Assembly: GCA_963797095.1 (NCBI GenBank)
Contig: CAWCNY010000003.1
Coordinates: forward strand, 896,001 to 960,000
DNA from: an uncultured Chloroflexia bacterium
GTDB taxonomy: Bacteria > Chloroflexota > Chloroflexia > QHBQ01 > JADMIH01
Reading direction: 5' to 3'
Length of the DNA: 64,000 bases
Made by a program: the position numbers and the translations under genes. Positions 8,587 through 18,348 of this stretch are shown in pieces; position 1 is the first letter of the stretch, and each line of letters begins with the position of its first letter. Below the pieces are notes generated by a model that saw only the letters and a list, made by a program, of their open reading frames with translations, ran no database searches and was not told the DNA's origin.

Positions 8587-10110
8587 ATGACCGTTCAAAC
8601 GCAGCCGACGCCTCTGGGAGAGAGATCACAGGTACAAGAGGTACAAAGCCCCACAAACGAGCAAGAACGGGCCGGAAAATGGGTTGTACTGGGAATCGTG
8701 GCAATTGGCGTGTTCATGGCAACCCTCAACTCGTCAATCGTCAACATCAGTCTCCCGACTATAGCCCTCTACTTCGGAATACCCCTGAGCGGGGCTATCG
8801 AGTGGGTGGTGATCGCGTACCTGATGGCGACCGCCGCTATCTTATTGACGGCGGGCCGGCTGGCCGATATGGTCGGCAAGAAGGCGGTGTGGGCTGCGGG
8901 GCTGGTGGTCTTCACGGGCGGGTCGGCGCTGTGCGGTGCCGCACCCACGCTCTGGTTCCTCATCGCGGCCCGCGCGGTGCAGGGGCTTGGCGGGGCGCTG
9001 CTGATGGCTGTGGCTCCGGCTATGCTCTCCACGGCGTTCCCGAAGGGGGAGCGTGGGCGCGCCCTCGGCCTCAACGCGGTGATCGTGTCACTCGGAATCT
9101 CGGTCGGGCCGACCCTCGGCGGCTTCATCACCGAATACTTCACGTGGCGCTGGATCTTCTACGTCAACTTGCCCGTTGGCATCGTGGGCCTTGCCCTGAC
9201 GCTGAAAGTACTTACAGAGCCGTTGCGGCGCGACCGGGGGCGCTTCGACCCGCTTGGCGCTGCTCTGCTCGCGGTGGGGCTTGCCTGCCTGACGGGGGCG
9301 CTATCGTTCGGAGAGGAACTGGGCTGGGCTTCGGTGCCGATCATGGTGAGCCTGGCGGTGGGCGTGGTGGCCCTGGCTGTTCTGCCCTTCATAGAGTTGC
9401 GGGTCCCAAACCCGATCATCGTGTTCACCATGCTGAGAAACCGCGTGTTCGCATCGGCCATAGTAAGCCTGGTGCTCAGCTTCCTGGCGCTGTTCGCCGT
9501 GAGCTTTATGATGCCGTTCTACCTGGAGGAACTGCATGGCTTCCAGACCGAGGAAGCGGGGCTGCTGCTCACGCCTCTGCCGATCATGCTGGCGCTGGTG
9601 GCCCCGCTGAGCGGTTTCCTGGCCGACCGCATAGGCACGCGCTGGCTGGCGGCGAGCGGGCTTACCGTCGGCTGCCTTGGGCTGGTGCTGATCAGCACGC
9701 TGGACGCGCATAGCTCTATATGGGACATCGTATGGCGGCTCGCGCTGATAGGAGTGGGGCAGGGGCTATTCCAATCGCCCAACAACAGCGCCCTGCTTGG
9801 CGCGGCCCCGCCCAAGCAGGAGGGGAGCGCATCGGGCTTCCTGGCGACCGCGCGCGTGATGGGACAGAGCCTGAGCATCGCGCTGGCGGGGGCGATCTTC
9901 ACCGGGCTGGGTGGCGCTTCCGCCGGGCAGGCGCTCGTGAGTATGCAGCAGGGAGCATCCACATCTCAAGGTGGGCCGGCAGGCGCGCAAGCCTTGCAAG
10001 ATACGTTCGTGAACAGTTTCCACGTGACTTTCCTGGTGTGCGCGGGAATTGCCGCTATAGGTATCTTCACGGCGCTTGTGCGCGGGCGAGAGAACACAGG
10101 GCGGGGCTAG
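8587..10110 (+). CDS. MFS efflux transporter, DHA2 (EmrB/QacA) family
   Basis: FMATLNSSIVNISLPTI, GRLADMVGKK, RAVQGLGGA, GPTLGG, WRWIFYVNLPVG. Confidence 0.93.
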   Translation: MTVQTQPTPLGERSQVQEVQSPTNEQERAGKWVVLGIVAIGVFMATLNSSIVNISLPTIALYFGIPLSGAIEWVVIAYLMATAAILLTAGRLADMVGKKAVWAAGLVVFTGGSALCGAAPTLWFLIAARAVQGLGGALLMAVAPAMLSTAFPKGERGRALGLNAVIVSLGISVGPTLGGFITEYFTWRWIFYVNLPVGIVGLALTLKVLTEPLRRDRGRFDPLGAALLAVGLACLTGALSFGEELGWASVPIMVSLAVGVVALAVLPFIELRVPNPIIVFTMLRNRVFASAIVSLVLSFLALFAVSFMMPFYLEELHGFQTEEAGLLLTPLPIMLALVAPLSGFLADRIGTRWLAASGLTVGCLGLVLISTLDAHSSIWDIVWRLALIGVGQGLFQSPNNSALLGAAPPKQEGSASGFLATARVMGQSLSIALAGAIFTGLGGASAGQALVSMQQGASTSQGGPAGAQALQDTFVNSFHVTFLVCAGIAAIGIFTALVRGRENTGRG

Positions 10111-11072
10111 CCGAGCCTGGGCAGCAAGTCCTCGGCGTACTGGCGCAGCCCGTCTATATCCTCGGTGTGGTACCACTGGGACATGACCTCTTCCACCCCG
10201 GCCTCGATGTATGGTCTTATCTGGGCCGCGATCTCCTCGCCGTTGCCGATCAGGACGTGGCGTTCATCTCGCCAGAAGGCGATCTTCTCGTCGAACGATT
10301 TGCCCGCCACGCGCGGGCCGTTGAAGGGGGGCTTTTCGAGCCTGGCTTGCAGGGCTTCTCGCGTGCGCCCGAATATCGTCAACATCATGATCGAGCGCTT
10401 GACATCGGCGGGTTGGCGTCCCTCCTGGCGGAGCAAATCGTCCAGGTAGGTTGACATATCCCTGTAATGCTCAGCAGAGGGATTGACCGAGTTCCACTGC
10501 CCCGCGTAGCGGGCTACCAGGGGTAGGGTGCGTTTCGGGCCGCTGCCGCCGATCTGGATGGGCGGGCCACCCCTGCGATGCGGGCGCGGCAGGAGGATGG
10601 CGTCGCGCAATTGGAAGTAGCGGCCTTCGAAGCTGACCGGCTCGTCGCTGTTGAGGAGCAGGCTTGCCACCTGCGCGCCTTCCTCGAAGCGGTCCATGCG
10701 CTCCTTCATGCTCCCCAGGTGGTGGCCGAACACGGTGTGCTCGCGCTCCTGCCAGCCAGCGCCAAGCCCCAGCAGCATGCGCCCGCCGCTGAGGTCATCG
10801 AGGGCCGCAGCCTGGCGGGCCAGCATGGTCGGGTCGCGGAAGGAGAGGGGCGAGACCAGGGGGCCGAAGTGTACGCGCCGGGTGTGGTCGGCGAGATAGG
10901 CGAGCGACACCACCATCTCCAGCGAGTCCTTCTCGGGGGGTGAAGGGTTGGTGTAGTGGTCGGACCTGAAGAGGCCCGCGAAGCCAAGCGCCTCCACTTC
11001 CTCTACCAGCCTCTTCCATATAGGCCAGTTTACGCCGTCCTGCCCCTCGATCATTATTGAAAGCTCTGTCAT
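10107..11072 (-). CDS. LLM-class (probably F420-dependent) oxidoreductase
   Basis: GFAGLFRSDH, RDPTMLARQAAALDDLSGGRMLLGLGAGW, PPIQIGGSGPKRTL; stop overlaps the convergent MFS stop by 4 bp. Confidence 0.9.
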   Translation of the reverse strand: MTELSIMIEGQDGVNWPIWKRLVEEVEALGFAGLFRSDHYTNPSPPEKDSLEMVVSLAYLADHTRRVHFGPLVSPLSFRDPTMLARQAAALDDLSGGRMLLGLGAGWQEREHTVFGHHLGSMKERMDRFEEGAQVASLLLNSDEPVSFEGRYFQLRDAILLPRPHRRGGPPIQIGGSGPKRTLPLVARYAGQWNSVNPSAEHYRDMSTYLDDLLRQEGRQPADVKRSIMMLTIFGRTREALQARLEKPPFNGPRVAGKSFDEKIAFWRDERHVLIGNGEEIAAQIRPYIEAGVEEVMSQWYHTEDIDGLRQYAEDLLPRLG

Positions 11073-11118
11073 GTCAGCTTTTGCCCTCCCGTATCTTCTC
11101 TTGTGCTTTGTCAGATAA

Positions 11119-11185
11119 GTAGAATCTCCAACGGATGATAGCGGATGTGGCGCTGGCCGGGCAAGGCGGGCCGTACATGCCGGGC
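11119..11185 (-). repeat. Copy of the 1810-1880 promoter/operator segment upstream of the LLM gene
   Basis: GTAGAATCTCCAAC + GGATGATAGCGGATGT + GCC(A/G)GGCAAGG shared in the same order. Confidence 0.7.
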
Positions 11186-11235
11186 CTGTTCGTGCGCTTC
11201 CTCAAGTCCAAAACGAGGCGCACAGGCGCAGGGAA

Positions 11236-13215
11236 CTATTTACCCGGATACAGGTCGTTGTACCTGAAGGCGCCAAGCAGCGACAGCAGCACCTCGTTTG
11301 GTGTGCCCTTGTACTCAGGGTGGTACTCGAACACCGCTCGCTGGAAGTACTGTACACTGTACACCTTGCCATCGGTGGCCGACTTCTCCTCAAACTCGTT
11401 GGAGATGGGATAGCCCTGCTGCGCCAGCCCGCCATGCGCCTTCCAGTAATCGAGGAACCCCCCTGCTATCCACTTGCCCGTCTCCGGGAAAAGCATGGCA
11501 CCTGCCGGTGGGCTGTTGTTCTGGTATGGAGCACCTTCCGGTCCAGGGTACTTCTGCTTATAGGTGTAGTAGCCCAGGAGGGAGAGGAGCACGTCGTTGG
11601 GAGGGGCATTCTCAGGGTGGTACTCGAACACGGCTCGCTCGAAGTACTGCACAGTGTACACCTTACCGTTGAGATCGGAAACCTCGCCGAACATGTCGGA
11701 GATGGGATAACCCTGTTGGGCGAGCCCGCCATGGGTGTTCCAGTAGTCGAGGAAGATACCTCTGACGGTCTTGCCTGTTTGGGGGAAGAAGCGGCTATCC
11801 AAGCCAGGGATGTCGGCGGGTGGGTAGATGGGTGCCGAGGTGGGTGCTGAGGTGGGTAGTGGTGGTGAAGTTGCGGTCTGCGTGGCAGGTGGAGTGGTAG
11901 TGGCAGTGTCAGTGGACGCGGTAGTGGGAGTAGAGTTGGCAGTGGGCGTGGGCGTAGGAGTGGCGGGACACGGGTTCAACCGCAACACGAGTTCCTGGAA
12001 CGAAGTATCGCTCCCAGTGTCCCCGACGGCCCACACATCGTTGGCCGAATCGGCTGACACTCCGTACAGCTCGTTTGTATCAGTCCCTCGATTAGGGCTG
12101 GACACCTCACTCCAATGGGAGCCGTCCCAGTGCTCCACAAGTGTCTGGCCCGAGGTGCCGTTATAGTAATAACCCACAGCCCACACGTCGTTAGCCGATA
12201 CTGCCGATACAGCGTAGAGAATCCCCACTGGATCAGGGTTGGGAAAGTCTACGCTCCATTGAGAGCCATCCCAGTGCTCTGTCAGGGCGCTGGCTGAGGT
12301 GCTGCCATAGTAATAACCCACAGCCCACACATCGTTGGCCGATATTGCAGTCACGCCAGTCAGAACGTTCTTACCAGCCTCCAAAGAAAAACTGGGCACT
12401 ATGCTCCATTGAGAGCCATCCCAGTGCTCTATCAACGTCTCAGAGCTCTCAGGCATCCGAGATTCACCCACAGCCCATACGTCGTTGGCCGATGAGGCAG
12501 CTACGCCATAAAGGATATTGTCGTTCGTACCTCTATTGGGGCTGGGCACTATGCTCCATTGAGAGCCATCCCAGTGCTCTAGCAAGGTCTGAAGTGTGGT
12601 GCCGTTATGGTACTGACCCACAGCCCACACATCATCTGCTGATGAGGCAGCTACTCCGGCAAGTTCATTGTCAACGGGTTGCACTGATGTGTCGGCATTA
12701 GGGCTGGGCACTATGCTCCATTGAGAGCCATCCCAGTGCTCTATCAACGTGTGAGGGCCACTAGGCGGCTGGTAATAACCCACAGCCCACACGTCGTTAG
12801 CCGATACAGCCGACACAGCGGACAATTTGATGCCAGTATTAGGGCTGGGCACTATGCTCCATTGAGAGCCATCCCAGTGCTCTATTAGCGTTTGGAACAT
12901 ATCCGACAGGCTATAACCCACAGCCCACACGTCATCAGGAGCGAGTGCCGACAAGGCGTTAAGCTGAGAGTTACCCGGTGGGGCTGATGTATTGAGGATT
13001 TGCCAATCGGGGCTGCATCCTTCCGTGGTTCTCTGGACCGCCGAAGCAGCCGAAACAGCCGAAGCAGCCGAAACAGTTGTGCCAGCGGCGGACATGCTCC
13101 CTTGCTGAGATAGCTCGGCCTCTGCATTGCTTGAGGCAGACGCCGCGAAGAGAATGAGCATTGCCAGTATCGATACCGGTATGAGAGCTATCAATCGTCG
13201 TGAATTAGTTGCCAT
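11236..13215 (-). CDS. Secreted repeat (probable beta-propeller) protein with Thr/Pro linker and Chloroflexota-type C-terminal surface domain, paralog 1
   Basis: Signal peptide; ~7 repeats of SANDVWAVG...TLIEHWDGSQWSIVPSPN; two C-terminal FPxTGK...GGLAQQGYPIS...VQYFERAVFEYHPE units. Confidence 0.88.
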   Translation of the reverse strand: MATNSRRLIALIPVSILAMLILFAASASSNAEAELSQQGSMSAAGTTVSAASAVSAASAVQRTTEGCSPDWQILNTSAPPGNSQLNALSALAPDDVWAVGYSLSDMFQTLIEHWDGSQWSIVPSPNTGIKLSAVSAVSANDVWAVGYYQPPSGPHTLIEHWDGSQWSIVPSPNADTSVQPVDNELAGVAASSADDVWAVGQYHNGTTLQTLLEHWDGSQWSIVPSPNRGTNDNILYGVAASSANDVWAVGESRMPESSETLIEHWDGSQWSIVPSFSLEAGKNVLTGVTAISANDVWAVGYYYGSTSASALTEHWDGSQWSVDFPNPDPVGILYAVSAVSANDVWAVGYYYNGTSGQTLVEHWDGSHWSEVSSPNRGTDTNELYGVSADSANDVWAVGDTGSDTSFQELVLRLNPCPATPTPTPTANSTPTTASTDTATTTPPATQTATSPPLPTSAPTSAPIYPPADIPGLDSRFFPQTGKTVRGIFLDYWNTHGGLAQQGYPISDMFGEVSDLNGKVYTVQYFERAVFEYHPENAPPNDVLLSLLGYYTYKQKYPGPEGAPYQNNSPPAGAMLFPETGKWIAGGFLDYWKAHGGLAQQGYPISNEFEEKSATDGKVYSVQYFQRAVFEYHPEYKGTPNEVLLSLLGAFRYNDLYPGK

Positions 13216-13377
13216 CCCCCATGCTCCTTTCCCTTTTCCATCACCCCATCAAGTTATGTTGGTGTCCAGGGGCGATAAGCGTAGGCTTTCACCGAACCGC
13301 CGTAGTTATGCCTGTACCGGAATAACCCTAACTGCGGCGGACCCTAGCGCGGTGCCGGGCGCAGGTTAGCACTGTCT

Positions 13378-15318
13378 CTATTTACCCGGATACAGGTCGT
13401 TGTACCTGAAGGCGCCAAGCAGCGACAGCAGCACCTCGTTTGGTGTGCCCTTGTACTCAGGGTGGTACTCGAACACCGCTCGCTGGAAGTACTGTACACT
13501 GTACACCTTGCCATCGGTGGCCGACTTCTCCTCAAACTCGTTGGAGATGGGATAGCCCTGCTGCGCCAGCCCGCCATGTGATTTCCAGTAATCGAGGAAC
13601 CCCCCTGCTATCCACTTGCCCGTCTCCGGGAAAAGCATGGCACCTGCCGGTGGGCTGTTGTTCTGGTATGGAGCACCTTCCGGTCCAGGGTACTTCTGCT
13701 TGTAGGTGTAGTAGCCCAGGAGGGAGAGGAGCACGTCATTGGGAGGGGCATTCTCAGGGTGGTACTCGAACACGGCTCGCTCGAAGTACTGCACAGTGTA
13801 CACTTGTCCGTTGAGATCGGAAACCTCGCCGAACATGTCGGAGATGGGATAACCCTGTTGGGCGAGCCCGCCATGGGTGTTCCAGTAGTCGAGGAAGATA
13901 CCTCTGACGGTCTTGCCTGTTTGGGGGAAGAAGCGGCTATCCAAGCCAGGGATGTCGGCGGGTGGGTAGGTGGGTGCCGAGGCCGGTGTCTGTGCCGGTG
14001 CCGGCGGTACGCTCTGCGTGGCGGGTGGGGGGAGAGGGGAGGTGGGGGTGGGAGTGGAAGTGGACGTGGAAGTGGACGCGGAGGTGGGAGTGGAGGTGGG
14101 AGTAGCAGTAGGGACGCAAGGGTTGTATCGCTCCACCAGCGTCAGGTCTGCGGTGCCGTTGGAGTAATAACCAACAGCCCACACACCGTTGGCGGATGTT
14201 GCTGCCACTCCAACGAGGTTGTTGCCATGAGTACTCCCATTGGGGCTATAGACTATGCCCCATGAGTTGCCGTCCCAGTGTTCCACCAGCGTCTGGTATG
14301 AGGTGCCGTTCTCGTAATAACCAACAGCCCACATATCGTTGGCGGATGTTGCTGCCACTCCAGCGAGGTTGTTCCCCCCCGTGCCGGCATTGGGGCTATT
14401 GACCACACTCCATGAGTTGCCGTCCCAATGCTCCACCAGCGTCTGGTGTATGTCGCCGTTGGAGTAATCCCCCACAGCCCACACATCGTTGGCGGATATT
14501 GCTGCTACTCCAACGAGGTTGTTGTCGTGTGTACCCACATTGGGACTATTGGCCACACTCCATGAGTTGCCGTCCCAGTGTTCCACCAGCGTCTGCGATG
14601 TGGTGCCGTTGCCGTTATCGTAATAACCAACAGCCCATACATCGTTGGCCGATATTGCTGCTACTCCATAGAGGTAGTTGTCGTGTGTACCCGTATTGGG
14701 GCTATTGGCCACACTCCATGAGTTGCCGTCCCAGTGTTCCACCAGCGTCAAGAATGCAGGGCCGTTATCGTAAAAGCCCACGGCCCACACATCGTTGGCG
14801 GATATTGCTGCTACTCTAGAGAGGAAGCTACTGTGAGTGCCCACACTAGGGCTATGGACGATAGCCCAAGCAGTGCCGTCCCAGTGTTCCACCAGCGTCT
14901 GGTATGAGGTGCCGTTATCGTAATAACCAACAGCCCACATATCGTTGGCGGATATTGCTGCTACTCCAATAAAGTTGTTCCCCCCCGTGCCGGCATTGGG
15001 GCTATTGACCACACTCCATGAGTTGCCGTCCCAATGCTCCACCAGCGTCTGGTGTATGTCGCCGTTGGAGTAATCCCCCACAGCCCACACATCGTTGGCG
15101 GATATTGCTGCCACTGCAGGGAGCTCGTTATGCTCCGTGTCCGCATTGGGGCTTGAGATCACGCTCCAGTTGGGGCCACAGAGCGGAGCAACTGGAGTAG
15201 TAGCCCCTATGGCAGGCACCGCCACGACCAGTGTCCACACGCCAGTGGCTGCTATACACAGGACAAACAGGGTGATGAAGGCAAGACTTGCATGCTCTGT
15301 CACGGCCTGTGATCTCAT
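13378..15318 (-). CDS. Secreted repeat protein, paralog 2
   Basis: Same architecture (AAISANDVWAVG...TLVEHWDGNSWSVVNSPN); ATG at 15318 with GGAGG; 3' ~600 bp nearly identical to paralog 1. Confidence 0.88.
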   Translation of the reverse strand: MRSQAVTEHASLAFITLFVLCIAATGVWTLVVAVPAIGATTPVAPLCGPNWSVISSPNADTEHNELPAVAAISANDVWAVGDYSNGDIHQTLVEHWDGNSWSVVNSPNAGTGGNNFIGVAAISANDMWAVGYYDNGTSYQTLVEHWDGTAWAIVHSPSVGTHSSFLSRVAAISANDVWAVGFYDNGPAFLTLVEHWDGNSWSVANSPNTGTHDNYLYGVAAISANDVWAVGYYDNGNGTTSQTLVEHWDGNSWSVANSPNVGTHDNNLVGVAAISANDVWAVGDYSNGDIHQTLVEHWDGNSWSVVNSPNAGTGGNNLAGVAATSANDMWAVGYYENGTSYQTLVEHWDGNSWGIVYSPNGSTHGNNLVGVAATSANGVWAVGYYSNGTADLTLVERYNPCVPTATPTSTPTSASTSTSTSTPTPTSPLPPPATQSVPPAPAQTPASAPTYPPADIPGLDSRFFPQTGKTVRGIFLDYWNTHGGLAQQGYPISDMFGEVSDLNGQVYTVQYFERAVFEYHPENAPPNDVLLSLLGYYTYKQKYPGPEGAPYQNNSPPAGAMLFPETGKWIAGGFLDYWKSHGGLAQQGYPISNEFEEKSATDGKVYSVQYFQRAVFEYHPEYKGTPNEVLLSLLGAFRYNDLYPGK

Positions 15319-15377
15319 TTCCGAATCCCTCCCTGTTATTCTTGGCCCTAGCTTCGCATCTCCAGGATCGAAGCGTT

Positions 15378-15446
15378 TCAGCGAACACGATCGCGAGACG
15401 AGGCAAGGCAAGTGAGAGCTATCAATCGTCGTGAATCAGTTGCCAT
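15378..15446 (-). pseudogene. Relic 5' end of paralog 1 (MATDSRRLIAL then unrelated sequence and stop)
   Basis: 15413-15459 nearly identical to 13182-13229, which covers the RBS and first 11 codons of paralog 1. Confidence 0.65.
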
Positions 15447-15624
15447 CCCCATGCTCCTTCCCCGTTTTGGGCCTACATCGATTAAGTTGACACCAGATTC
15501 GATTCGAAATCTCTCTTTTCGAAAGTTTCTGGGCTGGCACAGCCGAGGGCCGGGTGCCTCCACTGTGCATTGTATCACACCTCCACGTATTGAAAGATAG
15601 ACCGGTGACTGTTCCCGCTTCGCC

Positions 15625-15655
15625 AGTAGCGAGTAGCGAGTAGCGAGTAGCGAGT
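15625..15655. repeat. Heptamer tandem repeat (AGTAGCG)x4
   Basis: Read directly. Confidence 0.9.
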
Positions 15656-15809
15656 TGTAAATACCAGTAGTGCATTGAGCCTTGAGATTAGCCCGGCAGC
15701 TGTCCATTACAGTGTTGTGATATTATGACTGAGAGTCAGGGCCGTCCCGTCCTCGCAAGTTAGTTCCCAATGCAGATCATGGGTGCTACATAACAGGAGT
15801 TGCATTGTA

Positions 15810-16760
15810 ATGCCGGAGCCTATCATTCACACAGAACACCTTTCCCGTTTTTTTGGCAAGGTCAAAGCGGTGGATGATCTCACATTGGAGGTGCCTGCCG
15901 GCATAGTGTTTGGGTTCCTGGGACCGAATGGCGCGGGCAAGACAACCACCATCCATTTACTGCTTGGCCTGCTGGAACCAACCAGGGGCAAGGCCAGTGT
16001 GCTCGGCTTTGATACCCGCATCCACGCTGATAACATTCGCGCCCGCTGTGGGACGCTGCTGGAATTCGCGGGACTCTACGAGCGCATGAGCGCCGAGGAC
16101 AATCTCGACTTCTACGGGCGCATCTACCATATGAGCGCTCCTGATCGCCGGGCGCGCATCAAAGAACTGCTCGCCCACCTCGATCTATGGGACCGCCGCA
16201 AGGACCAGGTAGGCAAGTGGAGCCGCGGTATGAAACAGAAGCTCGCCGTTGCGCGGGCGCTCTTTCACCGCCCGCCGTTGATATTCCTGGACGAGCCGAC
16301 AGCAGGGTTTGACCCGGTGGCGGCCGCGGCATTGCGTGATGACCTGGCCGGCCTGGTGGCGCGGGAAGGGGTGACGGTCTTCCTGAACACGCACAATCTG
16401 ACCGAGGCCGAAAAGCTGTGTGCCCAGGTAGGAGTGATACGCCAGGGGAAGCTGCTCGTTGTGGGCAGCCCTGATGAATTGCGGGTGCGGGAGGGCGGCC
16501 CACAGGCAGAGATCGTGGGGTGCGGCTTCAGCGAGCAAATGGTGTCATTGCTGCGCGCGCGACCGGAGGTGGCGAAGGCCGAACTGCATGGAGGTAGCAG
16601 TCATTTGATCATCGAGCTGCGCGGAGAGGAGAAGATCGCCCCTCTGGTCAACTTGATCGTGCAATCGGGCGGGGAGATCGAGGAAATACGCAGGGGCAAG
16701 GCCAGCCTGGAAGATGTTTTCCTGACCCTGATGGAGGAACAGGAGGAAGCAAGTAAATGA
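15810..16760 (+). CDS. ABC exporter ATP-binding subunit
   Basis: GPNGAGKTT, WSRGMKQKL, IFLDEPT. Confidence 0.93.
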   Translation: MPEPIIHTEHLSRFFGKVKAVDDLTLEVPAGIVFGFLGPNGAGKTTTIHLLLGLLEPTRGKASVLGFDTRIHADNIRARCGTLLEFAGLYERMSAEDNLDFYGRIYHMSAPDRRARIKELLAHLDLWDRRKDQVGKWSRGMKQKLAVARALFHRPPLIFLDEPTAGFDPVAAAALRDDLAGLVAREGVTVFLNTHNLTEAEKLCAQVGVIRQGKLLVVGSPDELRVREGGPQAEIVGCGFSEQMVSLLRARPEVAKAELHGGSSHLIIELRGEEKIAPLVNLIVQSGGEIEEIRRGKASLEDVFLTLMEEQEEASK

Positions 16761-17476
16761 GCGACATGTGGACTATGATATGGAAAGAGTGGAAGGAGCA
16801 AATCTTGCAGGCTGGCCGGGCGCAAGCGATACGTGCTCTGATCGTGATCGGCATTGGGGGTGTGGCTCTGCCGCTGCGAGTCGGGCTTCCGTGGCTTGAG
16901 CTTTCGCTTCCCATCATGCTGATACTGGTATGGGTCCCTTATATATACATCATTAGCTTCATTGGCGATGCCGTTGCGGGAGAGCGTGAGCGACATACAT
17001 TGGAAACGTTGCTGGCGAGTCGCATGCCCGATCGTGCCATTCTGCTGGGTAAGGTAATTGTCACTGTCGGATATGCCTGGGGAATGGCCCTTGTCAGCCT
17101 GCTGCTCGGCCCGGTTATGGCAAATCTGTCTGCTGGGAGTGGCGATAGCAGCTGGGTCTTCTACCATCCTTTCGAGTTGTTCCTCGAAGCGCTTGCTTTG
17201 ACGCTTCTGGTCAGCCTGCTGGCAGCGAGTGCCGGAGTGCTCATATCGCTACGAGTAGCAACGGTGCGGCAGGCGCAGCAAGTCTTGATCGTTGGCACCC
17301 TGGTGCTCACATTCGGAGCACTCCTGGTGATAAGCGCCTTGCCTGGGGATCTTTTCTCGTCGTTGAGCTATCCCCAGCTTTTGCTGATTGCTATAGCTGT
17401 ACTTGTCGTACTGGATGCGGTGTTGCTTGGGTTGTCGCTGGTGAGCTTCAGACGCTCGCGCTTGATCTTGAGCTAG
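16757..17476 (+). CDS. ABC-2 type permease
   Basis: IWKEWKE, AGERERHTLETLLAS, ILLGK; overlaps the ATPase stop. Confidence 0.9.
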   Translation: MSDMWTMIWKEWKEQILQAGRAQAIRALIVIGIGGVALPLRVGLPWLELSLPIMLILVWVPYIYIISFIGDAVAGERERHTLETLLASRMPDRAILLGKVIVTVGYAWGMALVSLLLGPVMANLSAGSGDSSWVFYHPFELFLEALALTLLVSLLAASAGVLISLRVATVRQAQQVLIVGTLVLTFGALLVISALPGDLFSSLSYPQLLLIAIAVLVVLDAVLLGLSLVSFRRSRLILS

Positions 17477-17489
17477 CAAAGCATGTAAA

Positions 17490-17511
17490 GATTTTTGTCG
17501 CGACAAAAATC
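17490..17511. promoter_or_regulatory. Perfect 22-bp palindrome GATTTTTGTCGCGACAAAAATC (parS-like candidate), copy 2
   Basis: Read directly; lies between convergent genes. Confidence 0.5.
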
Positions 17512-17518
17512 CTGGGTC

Positions 17519-18079
17519 TCATTTTGTGCCTGTCGAGGCGTAGGCGGCGCTCGCGACGTATGTTGCGGCGAGGAGATCGTACAGGCTCCGGTGCTGGTTC
17601 GTGAGAAAGAGGGTGGCTATATAGATCCCGACGATTACCCACACGGATATCAACCCAACAACGATCAGAGGGGGAATATCCACTACACTCAAGGGCCAGC
17701 CCGGTATGTTCCAGAGGCAGGCGTGAGTCAGTTCCCAGGGGATGAACTTGAGCAACGACCTGGCCAGAGACCGTGGGACGGTCAACCTGCGGCCCTGTGC
17801 GTCTGTCACTTTGAGGCCGAGGCGCTGCTTGCCCCAGGTGCCCTGGCGCTCCGACGCTTCAAACAGTGCAAAGTAGAGAACCACGGGCAGCACGAGGAGG
17901 ACGAACGCGCTCAACTCGGCGCTGAGCGGGTTGGCGAAGAGGCCACCAAAAGGCTCAGCTAGAGGGGTGAGGCGAATCACGAAGGCAAAGGCCACGAGCA
18001 CGACGAGGTAGGCCGAGATGACAAGGTAATCGAGAGCGAAGGCGATAAGCCTGCGCCACGGGCTTGCGCTTGAATTCAT
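17519..18079 (-). CDS. RDD family membrane protein
   Basis: ASPWRRLIAFALD, QGTWGKQRLGLKV, SLYDLLAATYV. Confidence 0.9.
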   Translation of the reverse strand: MNSSASPWRRLIAFALDYLVISAYLVVLVAFAFVIRLTPLAEPFGGLFANPLSAELSAFVLLVLPVVLYFALFEASERQGTWGKQRLGLKVTDAQGRRLTVPRSLARSLLKFIPWELTHACLWNIPGWPLSVVDIPPLIVVGLISVWVIVGIYIATLFLTNQHRSLYDLLAATYVASAAYASTGTK

Positions 18080-18348
18080 ACTGTTTCCGTTTTCTTCAGA
18101 TAGCAGCTTCGGGCCTGTCGATGTAACTCCTCAGTTGGGCGACCGCCGGGGTGGCCCAGGGGGTGGGCCAGCTTGAAAAGGTCCACGCCCAGACGTGGCA
18201 AGCATGAAATTTGCCACCCGTATAATAGAAATGGCGAGCATAATCCGTGCCATAGTGCGCAATGCACAGACGAACTTGACGATGGTTTCGCCGGTGACTT
18301 CAGGCCATTGACCGGTCTCATCTACGTCAACGGCGAGCGCTAAAGAGG

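Noticed and set aside
11990-15130. Regularly spaced repeats resembling a CRISPR array or DGR template/variable pair
   Set aside because: In-frame protein repeats; no cas gene or reverse transcriptase in the window
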